The notes beneath the pieces were generated by a model, which saw nothing but the letters and a program-made list of their open reading frames with translations, was not told the origin of the DNA and ran no database searches. Source: Raillietiella orientalis (lineage: Eukaryota). Taken from it: a DNA stretch of 64,000 nt. Below, in pieces: positions 50,681 through 63,140 of the stretch. The first letter of the stretch is position 1. The number at the start of each line of letters is the position of its first letter. Both the position numbers and the translations under genes were made by a program. The stretch covers positions 1,426,001 through 1,490,000 of the forward strand of contig JAYWIR010000016.1 of the NCBI GenBank assembly GCA_036172245.1, given 5' to 3'.

Positions 50681-50751
<71 letters not shown>

Positions 50752-51697
50752 GCAAGAACTCGCCGCAGCCGCCAAGACCGGTGAAATGGAGAAACCACCG
50801 CCACCACACACGGGGCAGCTGCTGAGGCTCCATCAGCACTTGCGGGCACAAGTCGTACGCTGATTTATTGCTCGCAATGTGAAGAGGCGATGGTGCTCCT
50901 CACGGGAAACGCAGACGACAAGAATTTTTTTTCGCCCACCATCTCGCGAGCAGTCGGCATCCACGGATTCTCCCAGGAGTGGGTCAGGAGCACCCAGCGG
51001 CGCGCGATGGCTGCCGGAGGCTTCGGCGAGGCGCCCGTGCTGGTGCTTGTGAAAGACCGAGACCAAGGAATTTCGAAACGAGGGGGAGGGGGGCCTCATG
51101 TACACATTTCCCGAGGAAATCCCGAGCGAGGAGTGCACCTCGTGGGGAAGGAGGGGATCGAAGACAGGGAAGTTCTTCACGATACCAGGAAAGGTTCGAG
51201 CAGGGCCAGAGTGGGGAAGGACCCATCTGTTTCAACGAACAAGCGAGCGGTTCTTATTACTTTCAACACTTGATTGTCCAGCTTCAACTTGTTCGCCGTT
51301 GTCCTCAGGTCCTTATTGCGACTTTCACTCTGGTCCAACTGCACTTCCAGCTCCTGTTCGAGTTCGCGGGAGCTCGCCTGGAAGTCCTCGAATTCCTCTT
51401 TGGTCTCCAGGAGGCTACGGAAAACACCCTTTTTAAGTTCACTCGCATCAACCAAGGAAACCGAATCATCGAAAAAAATGACAAACACAAGACACTAGGG
51501 AAAAAAAAAAAAAAAAAAAGCCATTGAATTCTATACTTTACAGCATCTTACTGTTAAATCTGAATAGTATCTAATACATATATATATATATATATTTGAT
51601 ATACAGACGTTTTTTTAAGACTGAGGGCTTGTTCCTTCCAATAGCAGAGCTCTTCGTGTACAGACGAAAATACTAAATTTTCTTGGGAATCATTCAT
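45306..51697 (-). CDS. nudE: Nuclear distribution protein nudE (NDE1/NDEL1 orthologue)
   Basis: Phase-consistent exons 51697-51609, 51414-51261, 50142-49994, 48044-47908, 45863-45738, 45667-45585, 45499-45420 and 45366-45306. They give [119 protein letters not shown]. An alternative stop at 45416 applies if the last intron is retained. Confidence 0.95.
47410..47750 (-). mobile_element. L1-clade RT fragment in nudE intron 4
   Basis: GC-rich island. Minus-strand 'FPGRGRAI', 'IAQEAAGRH' and 'SEQGASPS' parallel the RT motifs GF.PGR.I, LDQEKAFD.V.H and RQG.PLSP. Confidence 0.5.
50684..50749. repeat. Perfect (CA)n microsatellite in nudE intron 2
   Basis: Direct reading. Confidence 0.97.
50840..51235 (-). 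mobile_element. L1-clade ORF2 3' fragment in nudE intron 2
   Basis: GC-rich island ending in a degenerate knuckle, '[12 protein letters not shown]', and a minus-strand AATAAA. Confidence 0.35.
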
Positions 51698-51829
51698 AAT
51701 TCAAGGTACACATTATCTAAAACATTGATGGCTTGATAAAGAATGTTGCAATTCATGGTTTCAACCATTAATTTTCATTACAAGCAAACAAACATGATCA
51801 AATACAATCGGTACAGTCACCGGGATTTC

Positions 51830-52130
51830 TGGAGCGTCACGGCGCGGGGCAAGAGGGGGAAACGTTTCTAGGCAAGGGTTCCCCATCCAAGGTGAACCTG
51901 GTTGACCTCCACTGAGCAAATCCTCGAACCAAACGTGGGCGGGCCCCACGGTTTCCCGTGCAACGGACGGCTGGTTGCACCCGAGTGGCGCGATCCACCC
52001 GAGCGGCTGTGGGTCCTGGTTCACCAGGGTAGAACCCGGCAGGCAGCAGTGACACCACCACAGGGAATTCTGCTGCCGCTGCAGATGAGGAGGAGGCGAC
52101 CCCTCCCCCCGAGGCAGTGATAATCCATCC
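51830..52130 (-). mobile_element. L1-clade endonuclease-end/linker fragment upstream of the nudE ATG
   Basis: Minus-strand 'PGPTAARVDRA' (SRLDR-like) is followed by 'GPAHVWF' (GPG.WK-like). Confidence 0.4.
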
Positions 52131-53974
52131 ACCGCCTGAAGAGTTCGGACGGAGCCTCCTCTTACGTCACGTACCGTACTACGCCCACGGGTTTGAATCC
52201 CGCGTGCTCTGCCATGGAGCTGCTCGCGATCTGTCTGCCTGTCGGGTGCAAAGCACAGCTCCCTTCGAGGCAAAACGGTTAACCCCTAACGTGCACGTGG
52301 GAGTGGGGTACACTTTGGTGTCGCTAGGAATAGAACCCGCTAATGTCGATTCCGCGACCTCCGACACGCGAAGAGCACGCTGTTTACCGGAAAGGTTGTA
52401 CGACCACAGACTCTCTCCCCAACATCGAAAAGGGTTGCACACGTTGGAGGCACGCTTCAAAAGAAAAAAAGGAAAAACAAAAAAATGCACACGCGCGCGC
52501 GCGACACGTGCATTTCTGTTTCCGCACGCACACGAGGGAGATCTGCGCTCCCCCGCTGGCGTTCGACACCGTCAAAAGTGGTTCGACAAAGTTGACTTGA
52601 CAAGGGTGGTCACCTGCCCCCCCCCCCCCGCTCCCAGCCAAACTGCAGGGACTCTTCGACCCATTCCAGTCACCATTCCTAAGAATTTCACGTCGACGAT
52701 CCCCAGATCAGATCCGTTAATTGCGCAAAACTCCTTCTAACTGTTCCACGAGGTTACACACACACACAAAAATACACACTTTAGGAAATGCCACACGCAT
52801 TACCCGACATGGTACAAGGTCTTATGAATTACGTCTTTTATAAAACAGTGCGTTCCCAAACATTTCTTCAGTTATCTAAAAATCTGATGATTCATCGGAA
52901 GATAAATGCAAAATAAATAAGAATACGCACTGGTAACAATGCTGTGGAAAGAAAAAAAAAAAAGAACATCAATATTTGGAATTCCTTTCTCCTGGAGACA
53001 ATGGGCCCCAAAAAGGAAAAAAAAAATAAAATAGAATACGCAAAATCGGATTATTTTTTTTTTTTCTTTTCAAAAAAAAAAAAAAAAAAGACAACTACTG
53101 AATTCTCAAACCAAACAATGCGAAATGGTTGTTAATTACCCCAAAACGTTCCTCATTCAAAAGCAGCTACTGCGAATTTCACTGAAGAAAAACTTTCAAC
53201 TGAGAAGTTTCCATGGTTTCAGTCACTACCCATGTAACGCTTTCCAGTGCGTGGGGGGGATTCGCTGGCTGGTTGCACTTCACTTGGGAAAAATGGTCTC
53301 AACACACGAAAATGTGGTGCACTAATGAAACACTCTCCGGATCCACAACAGTGCACAAACACACCCACATCTTCCGTCCGCCCGCTGCTGCCACAGCCAA
53401 CTCGGAAGCGTTCGCGACTAGCGGCATCTATTAATTCAAACGGCCAACGCCGATATGCCTTAAAGCGAAGCGGCGGACGGACTCCCATCCCTGGCCACTG
53501 GGTCCCCGAAAGGACACGGGAAGGACGAAACGTCCTGCAGATCCGGGAGACTTTCAGCACGAAAAGCACCACTCGCTCGTTTGGGGGGTTGGCAAAGCAC
53601 TTTTTCAAATACCCTTCTCGGTGTCTGCTTTAGTATTATCCCCCATTCGTATGGGGGGGGGGGAAGGGATTCGAAACACGTCCGTTATCAGTTTATTGCA
53701 TCCGAGAGTAGTAAACGAATCTTTTATCAGGGAAATCAGAGAATCCCCGAGTCTGATGGTCGAAATTCAAGAACCTAAAAAAACAAAAACAAAATGAAAA
53801 CCGAGTTGACCACGGCTTTATTTGGACTGCGTCCGACGGTCCTGAATTTTCAAAATAAAATAGTGAAAAACAGTATACAAAAAAACAAAAATTGTCCGTG
53901 TTTATTTATACTGTCTGAATTTTCAATTAGAAAGCTTCACAGTTCCATCATGGATTGGAACGTACTGAACCATT

Positions 53975-55080
53975 TATTTATTCATTTATTTTTGACAGCT
54001 GTGGCAGTTAGATTCTTGCCATCTTTTCGTGATTTGCAGTTTTTTGAACAACATGTTTACGAACATCTCAGTGAATCAGCAGATTTCAAGGTTTGGTCGC
54101 CATTCGATACCCGCTGAACATTCAAGCTAATCTTCATCTCCTTCAAGGATGAAGGAGATGAAGGACTGAATCGAGCGCTCCTTGACCTCCCCTGATAAAT
54201 CATCACCTGGAACGGTGCAAGCAACACAACCGCCTCTGATGAGTAATTGAAACTGCATTGCAAAAGCCATCTTGGCATCTGAAATACTTGAATAGAAACG
54301 ATTCCCATCTTGAACATTCAGTTCGGTTCGACACCCAGACTTTTGCTTGCTTCCATGCTTCCCGACAAAATAAATGGTGCTCCACATTCGTCGTTCTTAA
54401 ACAGCAAATCCCATGATGGTCCGAAATCACTCAAGATCAACTGCATGATCGGCGGTCAAGTACCAATCTCTGCAATCCTCGGTATGGCTCAATGTACTTT
54501 CCAAGGGAACCACTCAGCCACTAAGTAGTAGTAGTCTAACCACTTAAGTAGAAGCCTTCACACGTTGTGTGTTCTTCAGCTTATTAAATCGTGCTGCTTT
54601 GCTATCTTCTAACATTCCCACTGCATCAGACAGTTCAGGAAAGTCTCGTTTTTGCTTTACATAATTTTTGGTAAATTGGAGCTCCTTCTCCATTTCCAGC
54701 GTTTGCATTACGCCAAGACTGACAAGATGAGATTTGCAGCTTTTCAGAAGTTAATTTACATTCCCGTTTTAGCTTCACCACGGAGGAGGGTCAGTTTTGT
54801 TCAATACGACCTATTAAAACGAGGTTTGGAATACGTTTAAGCCGCTGTCATTTCGCATTCGAAAGTTTTGTGTTCGCCTCCATTCCTACCTTAAGGATCT
54901 TCGGTTTTCTTTTCCCGGAGAACACACAACTTTTCAAGTGCTGCTTGATTTCAACTTGGACCACACTGAAAAGTCGTGGTCCAAACTGGTCGTCGACTTC
55001 CGTTTCCACCGACACTTTGCTGTCCAAAGCATGTAGGAATGCAATCAAGGAGTCAGGTGATTTTCCCGGTTACTAACCAT
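53975..55080 (-). mobile_element. Decayed L1-clade ORF2 3' end (AT-richer family) with A-rich tail
   Basis: Minus-strand 'CCLRTTNVEHHLFCREAWKQAKVW' is a CCHC knuckle (E..H.F.C..A..VW). The tail aataaatgaataaataaa lies at ~53992-53972. Confidence 0.55.
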
Positions 55081-56301
55081 TGTACTGAACTTTTCCCCAA
55101 ATCGGGGTTAGACTGGATTTGAGGCTAAGAACCTTGCCCATTATCTAACTAACCCCAACAAAAGCACCGAGACCCTCTAGGAACCAGCAGGCCCACGCTA
55201 ACTGGGTACAACAGCAAGGGTGTGGTTCAGTTTGCTGGAGGAAAGGAAGATGAATTGCTCGTTTAATTTTCAGTGTTAAATTAAACTGCCAGCCAAAGCG
55301 AAGGCAGCGCGTTATGTTTAGCAAATAGTGTTTTTTCACAGCACAGAAGATTTGTGCTTCTTTTCTGGAGAATTAGGCGTTGTAGGAAGAGTATGGTAAA
55401 AGAGCATTGTCTGAACATTAGTTATTCGTATGCAATGTGTTAGTTTGCCATACTGTGCCTATCTCCATACTGTGCAACTCTTTGTTTCATTTTCATGCAA
55501 AGGCTTTGGGTTACTAACAAGTTTTCAAGCAGATACACATACAATTTGCTCAAAATTTTGGTACACTGTGTGTTGGTCAAAATGATAAGCACTTACCACT
55601 CCAGTCTTGCACGGAAAAAGTTTTTATACTTCTGTGGTTATCCACCCTAGGGAACGTGAACATATTGTCTTATACTCAGGGTGCTACGAACTTTAAAATT
55701 ATGGTGAACTGTGCCATAAGTTCTCCAAGAGAAACTTAACAGAACAAGTAAACTGATGCATGTAAAAGTGAGTCTTCTCTTACTACCTTTCTCCACGATG
55801 ATGTCTGAATTTTGAGAGCAAGGGATTTTCTTCAGCAAATGTCTGACAAAAGTTTGCTTTTCTGGTACAAAGAAATGAACAGAGGCAATTCTATCTGAAC
55901 TACTTCAAGAATCTGAAAGGCTCCTGTTTTAAAAGAATTATCAACTTTGGCCTGTCCTTTTCACCTCAAAGCTAAGGTGGTAAGAACATTTTTGATAATC
56001 CAGGTGTACTTTGATATTTTATTGTTTACATTATCATCTTATGTCGAACATTTGCCTTTTGCCTACTACTTAATAAGTGAATGTCACTAAGCATTGGTAT
56101 TTCTTTTCCTTCCTTTCTGGAATGATGTTAAAAAGTGAAGTAAACTTTCTAAAAAAAAACTTTTATCATTTAAAAAATGGCATTCAATGCCATGCTTACT
56201 CTCTGTTACTTGTGGATGAGTAAAAACTAATTTCTATCTAAGATCTGTATTTTGCAAAAACATTTTATAAACAATGAAAGTAAAGATTTACAAAATATGG
56301 T

Positions 56302-57661
56302 TCACTCTAATTGGGATTCTGCAACAACATTATAACTCTGGATTTGTGAGAATCGGAACTGAGGGAATTTATGTCCTTGTGTCACATCAAAAGTACACAG
56401 TGTCTCATAATCATTGCAATTTGTTTTGCGAATAGAATAATGGTACCAACGAAGAAAATTACTGCCTTGTCTATTTGATGGACACAGCTCCAACTCTAAA
56501 TAGAATGATCTTTCTATATGTGATGCATGCTGTTTTTTACATGAAAGATGGGCACTAGTATGTGGCTGTCTTTGAAAACAACAATACACCATGTGATCTA
56601 TGGTACGATAGTAACCAAACAACACAGAAGGGAGTTTGCACTGCCGAGATTGAAGTTGAGAAGTATAGTTAAAAGAAGAGTCAGCGGTAGTACAAAAAAG
56701 AACTATACCATCGGGGAAAAAACGGAGATAGCGATAATATTCAACAAGATGCCAAGGTCGATACAGTTGGTCTTGAAAAGAATTTTCCCCATAGCGAACG
56801 TAACTAGCTTTACTAATATAGCAACCATCGAAGTGAACGTGTGGTCTCCTAATATACATTTGTCTCCAGCTACCATATGCATGGGGCATTCCACAGTTTA
56901 GCCCCCAAACTCGTCTACAAGCTTTCTGCCAAATTTCAGGATCTCGACAGCATAGATAAAAGCCACAACAAACTTGAGCAAAGTGTTCCAGTGATTTCAT
57001 ATCCAAATTTGCAGTAACAACCCACTTCAAGATACTCATCACAACTTCAGCTGGAAGGATTGAGATATGTGCACCCTATCAAACAGAAAATGCTGCTTTT
57101 AAATGCCGAATATTTAGAACTAACTTGTTGTTCAGTCTGTGGCTGACATAGTGGTTGTCCATGGCCCAATTTTGATGAAAAATATGCTACCATGTCTCCT
57201 TGTGAGTTCTTCCATTTATCTGTGACCTTTGTTTTGCATCTGTGCTCATCGGTCAGCCTTTTATCTGTTTAAGGTAAAAAGACAAATATATACAAAGACT
57301 TACTTACATGGAGGATCTACATTTTCTGATAACCAAACAAAAGCATGGTACTCAATATCTGGAACCAGCTGAACGGATTTCTGATAGAATTGGATTGCTT
57401 CATACAGCTGTCCATTTCTTTCGAACTTTACACCATTTAAAAAAAGTTGCAAGGCCTTCCAAAAAATTATTCATTCATATATCAACTGAATATTTTATGA
57501 AGCAGCATTGCTAACTTATGACTTTTAACCTTCGTTTCAGAAGATTTGATGTATTTGATGCTCAGAGGAGATGTAGGTTGTTCTTTGCTTTCTGCTTGTG
57601 ATGATATTGTCTGCAATTCACTTTTCCATTTAGCAAGAAACTGATTTAATTCCTTTTCCAT
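56302..57661 (-). CDS. FBXO9: F-box only protein 9
   Basis: Exons 57661-57530, ~57455-57308, 57264-57125 and 57075-56302. They give [50 protein letters not shown]-box [40 protein letters not shown]; and [41 protein letters not shown] possible further 5' exon has its donor near 58631. Confidence 0.93.
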
Positions 57662-60499
57662 ACTGTAAGATAACTTTTATTTGGCTACTTATCTTTTAAT
57701 TTGCATTATGATTAAATATTTCACACTAAAGTGGAATTCTCTTTACTTATGCTAAGCAATCCACATCAAAACTCAATGCATTGATGATGCCTTGATAACA
57801 TGAAACTTGTGATTAGTGCATTTGGTATTTTATCATATACCAAAATCTTTTTATTTAATCTCCCATTTTTAAATCTAATGGAAAAAAAAAAAAAACACGC
57901 ACACAATTCTTTAAATCATATGGCTAGAAATAGCTTAACAAGTAAATGTTTTGCTTACAAAACAGCATACAGTTATGCATCGAAATCAAGGTTTGCTTTA
58001 TGTTAAATCATTTGTCTTCAAGCCGTTATACCGTACTATCCAATTCACATTTGAGAATCACTTGCCAATCAAATATGATAATGTCCAATCCATCATGTTT
58101 TCGGTACTAATTACGAGATGTATAATCTGCGTAATCTTTTTTTACGTATTGTAATTCCTGTATTTATAGGCAAACTTTTTACAGACTGCAAATCCAAAAT
58201 TTCACGTGGTATCCAAAAATGATGAGTACTTTTAAAATCAAGTTTTTCCATTGAAACAAACATTGGCTAATTTAGGGTTTCTCTATAATCCTTGTAAAAT
58301 GCTGCACCTTAATGCAACGCATTTCGAATACATACATAAACCAGCATATCGAATGCTATTTGCGGTGCACAATATCAAAGGGTCTTTTTAAAATGAGATC
58401 TGTTAAAAGTACATCAGTGATCTATGCATCAATACACATATATGAATTAAATGCATAAAGAACCAAAAAATCCTTCCAAATTGATTTCCAAGTATCATGT
58501 TATGCTAACATGAGGATGACTCTCTAACGTACGCACTTTTCACGCTAGAAGTTGTCCAAGACAGCCACACCTTAACATTAACAGCAGAATTGGCAGCTCT
58601 CTCTTTTGAAACAAATTTCCTCATTTCTTACCGTGGATTTTGCCTTTCACTGGAAGCCCAAATCCGAGACTGTCAATTTTCGCCGCGCTCATTATTTAAG
58701 ACTTAAGACACAGTGTACACAAGTTTACATCCATGGTTAAGGAAGCGAACAAAAACGTTTGGTTTACTTATTTAGGTTGCGATACATTAGTTACTTTTAA
58801 TTTTCTTACAATTCGTTTATTTTCATCTCAGCGTGGGCTGCAGAGGACGGCTTCCCACGGCAGGCCCCACGGTCGCCAACTGCGCAACGCGAAGCTACGT
58901 CGATGTCACGCAAACACCTCAAAGGCCACCTATGCCAAGATCGTACTCGGCTACGTCTAAAACTTGTACACAAACGTCTGAAGTACTCAAATGTATAGCT
59001 TCAACTGCTTCGCATAACTTGCATTAAAGTCTTTCTCACTCTGCACAATACCGTTGGCAAGTACACCGGCGCGCACCCCGGGGTAGACCCACGTCTCCCA
59101 CTGGGGGGGGAGACCCAGGGCTACCAGTCTCACTCGATCACCTCATCTGCCGAGAAATCGAGCTGCCCAGAAATCACCGGTTGCTTTCTTGGAAACATTC
59201 ATTTCCTGTTGTGCATATCAATTTTTACCAGGATCAGTGAAAACAGTTACGAACCCGAACAGGCGTTCTCTATGAAAATCAATCGGGATCATCGCCGATG
59301 TCAGGTATTTCGTTCCATCTTTAGAAACCGCACATAAATACTCAAGTAACTGGTTCTGCTCATTCGGGGTCCTTTATATTATCAGAAGAGCACAATTAGG
59401 AGTCGCAAACCAGTACAAATCTCAGTCACTTTTTATCATGAATTCAGGATCGGAAAATGCAAACCTGTTACAGGTACACCTACATTTCTATCCAATTTTC
59501 GTATACTTGAAATAAGTAATAATCACAGTGCTCTGAAAAAAGGTATGACAAAATTTTCATTTCCTCTTGACTCTTTGAAAATCATGATCAAGGACATTTC
59601 AAAATCCCGCATGAAAGTCGTGAAAATAATGAAACCGCTTCATGGACTCCTTTAGAGGAAAAAACAAAACAAAACGGTAGCTATTACATTTACGAATTCT
59701 TTAGAAAGACTTCCAATATGAAAGATCAAACCTTCGAATTCATCTTGCTTAGCAAATACGCCCACATTGAAAGACAAAAGAGGAATCGAAAGGACGAACT
59801 AGGAGAGTTCACTGCTAGGAAGTATCTTTCCGTATGAGTGTATCAATTGGGAATGCCAATGAAAAAGAATACTGAATAGTCAGGAATTTCATTTAGGTAT
59901 AAAGAAGACTGCGGCATTGACAGTAAATTGTTTACAAAGAGCATTCTTATCAAAACAATTGACAGTAGAACAAGGTCATCTATAAAACATGCACTGTGGA
60001 AGTTTTTAACTTGCTATGTATCAAGACACACGAGAACAAAACACAGTCGTGCTTACCAAAGCGTGGCAAAGGATCCCCTGAGGCTATACACAAGAACAGA
60101 CTTAAGCCCACACCTGGATCCGCCTAGCTGGTTAGAGAAAATGCAAATATTGGGAAAAACTCACAAAACATGAAATCTTCAGCCCCATGGAATCGGTTTC
60201 ATCTTTGAGAACTGCGTTCTGCTTCTTCTCCAAATAACTATACGAATTGAACGATATGAAACATCGTCTGTTTTCAGTATTTTGCAAGATATACCGTTTT
60301 TTTCACTCCAGAAATTCTGCAAACCTCTGCTCACAATCAGTTATAGAGCAAGATTGGAAAACAAAAAACAAAAAAAAAACATGCGACTCAACAAATCTTC
60401 GAAACGGAGTGTTTAATTTTATGCACTAGATTCTTCTCGAATAGACGCATCAGCTGATACAAACTTAAAATGAGTAATGATAAAATGAGAGAGCAAAAC

Positions 60500-62450
60500 A
60501 GTATTCTTTGTTCATATATACATTTAGGGATTGCTATGAAATCCCTTTTAAATTGCAGTGATGCCACTATTTACTAGCATAAAAGGAAATTAACAGCTTA
60601 GGCTATCAGGCTGGCAGCCATCCAAGTACTGTGTCGTCAATTTATCAACCTAAACCTTTCCTTCGATATGATAACGTACCGGGAAAAGGAGCCTCCGACG
60701 ACTACCATTTTGGGTAGAATAAATGCAAATATTTTTGCCGAATTAAATTGATTGGAATCGTTTGAAAAATGTGAAGGGATTCCTAATCTGCACTAGTACG
60801 AAGGAACAAGGCACCAAAGGCAAGTACAACACAGTTCAAGATGAAACAGCAGCCACACATCCTTGTGGCTGCTGCACAGCAGTTGCATCTTGAATTGACC
60901 TGCAGTTCATAAATTTTTCAACTAGAACGGTTTTCTGCTGACGTTGAAAAAATGATTTCAAGACAAAGGCACGATCTCTTTTCAGATAAATAAGCATTGA
61001 AATTGATGAGTTAGCAATAGAGAAAAATACGGCCACTATGAATTAAATTGGAAATGAAACAAAGTGTTCTGTTGATGGATGCACCACTCATCAGTGCTTT
61101 TCGAATGAATCATTAATTTCATAATCGCGATGTACAATATGGAAAGTGTATTTTTGAATTAGAAGGTAGCAAACTCAGTATTTCGATGATTTTCGGTTCT
61201 CATCCGGAACACCCAATGCTTTGAAAAGAAAAAAAGAGAACATCCGAAATTCGGATAGACGAAAAATCAAAAAAAAAAAAAAAAAGGCTGTAAAAACATC
61301 AGCAGAATAGGGAGACGAATTTACATGTATCAAGTGTGTATACGACAGAATGATCGAGTTTTCCCCGTGTACAGGCGGGACATCATTCCTCAATGTGGGA
61401 AACGTCGCTGCCATAATTCCGATTACTTTCCATGACATTCCTTTTCAAATACGTTTTGTTCCCACTCGCACTTCGAAATCCATCAAAAAGCCATCGAAAA
61501 CTTCTTCGCTGTACTCACGTGGTCGCTTTGGCAACCCCCTCGACAGGGAAAAACTAGGAAACGGTTCCTATGGCAGTGCATCCGAATATCCTGACGGCAG
61601 CTAGAAAAAGACAAGCAAGTTGCTCTTATAGCTCGGTGATTCGGAAACTGGTCAGTTAGGAATCCATTCAAAGGGGAAAAAAATTAAGGTAACGATCGAT
61701 TAACGAGTAGAAGGATAGAGTTTTCAGTTGACTCGCTCCTAAGGAAACAAACTCAGCGTACTTCGAAACAATCAGCTGAAGTCTTGAAAGTCAGGGTTTT
61801 GTCTGGGACCATCGCTTTGAAGGTTTGTTTCCAGAATAACAAGAAAAAGTCCATCACCGCAAAGTTTGAATCGGAAGCACCCGATGCTCATTCATACATT
61901 TAGATGGTGCAAGAATTCACGAAATCACAGTCTGTCAACAGGCAGGCGCACCGGAAGTTCCATCTTGTCGAAATCCAATTCATTTTGAAATCAATTTCAT
62001 TTCTATTTGGTCAGTTCCAGGAACAAACCTTCGCTCTCGTTGGGAATTTTCAAGCATTTTTTTTTTTTTTTTTACTTTGGATCTGAGTCTCCTTTTGATT
62101 CAAGTAGGGACTCAATTTTGTTATTTGCTGCGCCAATTTTGCATACAAAAAAAGAGTTGGTACAGCCATTTTGTTGCTTTCATGTAGCGATGTCTTCAAG
62201 GCTGTCATCATGAGTTTTCGAAGCCGAATGGACAACGTTTTAGAAGGGCCATCCTTGGCGACAACGATTTTGGTTGGCATCCTTGTTGCTTCTTTCATTT
62301 CGGTTTCTCCGTAAGATTCACATCATCCGTGGCACATTCGACAATCAGTTTTAAAAGTCTTTTTCCAAATTAATTCCGGAAAAACTACGACGAAATCTCA
62401 TTTTATAATGGCGCAGTTCATAAGATAAGGCTTTGCATAACTGTGCGAAG
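60500..62450 (-). mobile_element. Decayed L1-clade ORF2 relic (linker and RT)
   Basis: Minus-strand 'GDGLF' (PG.DG) and 'NGFLTDQFPNHRAIRATCLS' (NG.LT..F...RG.RQGCPLS). Many stops are present. Confidence 0.45.
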
Positions 62451-62649
62451 CTCATCTTCTACGGCATGACTTTTTGCTTCGTATGAAGTTTTTCACTGCT
62501 GAAGTATTGCTGCTACACGATATAACTGACTCAAATAAAAAAAGGTTCTCAATTCACTTTCCAATGACCCTCAGTTATCTTTTAAGGCATCAATGAGATA
62601 GGTTTGAAACAGCATACAAAAATGACAATTTGCACATCTGTGAAGCATG

Positions 62650-63140
62650 CTGCCGAATGATGTTTCCTCCGTTTTCTTCAGTGCTCTCTCTTCCGGGTTG
62701 AGAGCATTGTCCAGGTCATCCGGTTGGGCTGCATTTTTCCTTCTTACATGCGTTGCATAGATGCTGCCTGAGAAGCGGATGCAGGTGGCTGCCATCCGCT
62801 GCCGTAGCCTTATCAGCTGCTTCTCCGGAATTCCTAGGTATTGTAGAACGTTGTCGTTTTGAGGATCCCATGCTCCAAGTGGGCGGACAAGGATCGCCTG
62901 TACTTTGGTTATCTTCCCAGCGTTTCCGAGTTGGCATGGCGACATCCTGGTATCTGGCCTCCTTTATTTACCTAGATGTGGAGAACGCCTCCTTTCCGTT
63001 TTCAAACGGGCAGGAGATGTCCAGCACACAATGTACAGTGGGGTGATCACAGCTGTAGTGTTGAAAGGGATCACTCTTTTTCTAGCATCTCCAATGGTGT
63101 TTTCTAAACCCAAGAGTCAGGGATGGGTAGGAAGCATAAT
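62650..63140 (-). mobile_element. Pseudogenised 3' fragment of an RLE-type (NeSL/Utopia/R2-group) non-LTR retrotransposon
   Basis: 'HCVLDISCPFENGKEAFSTSR*IKEARY', then a frameshift, then 'VQAILVRPLGAWDPQNDNVLQYLGI..LRQRMAATCIRFSGSIYATH'. This matches the D(V/I)..PFENG..AF..AR..K..KY / G.LG.WDP.ND / I..S..IY..H restriction-like endonuclease signature. Confidence 0.85.
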
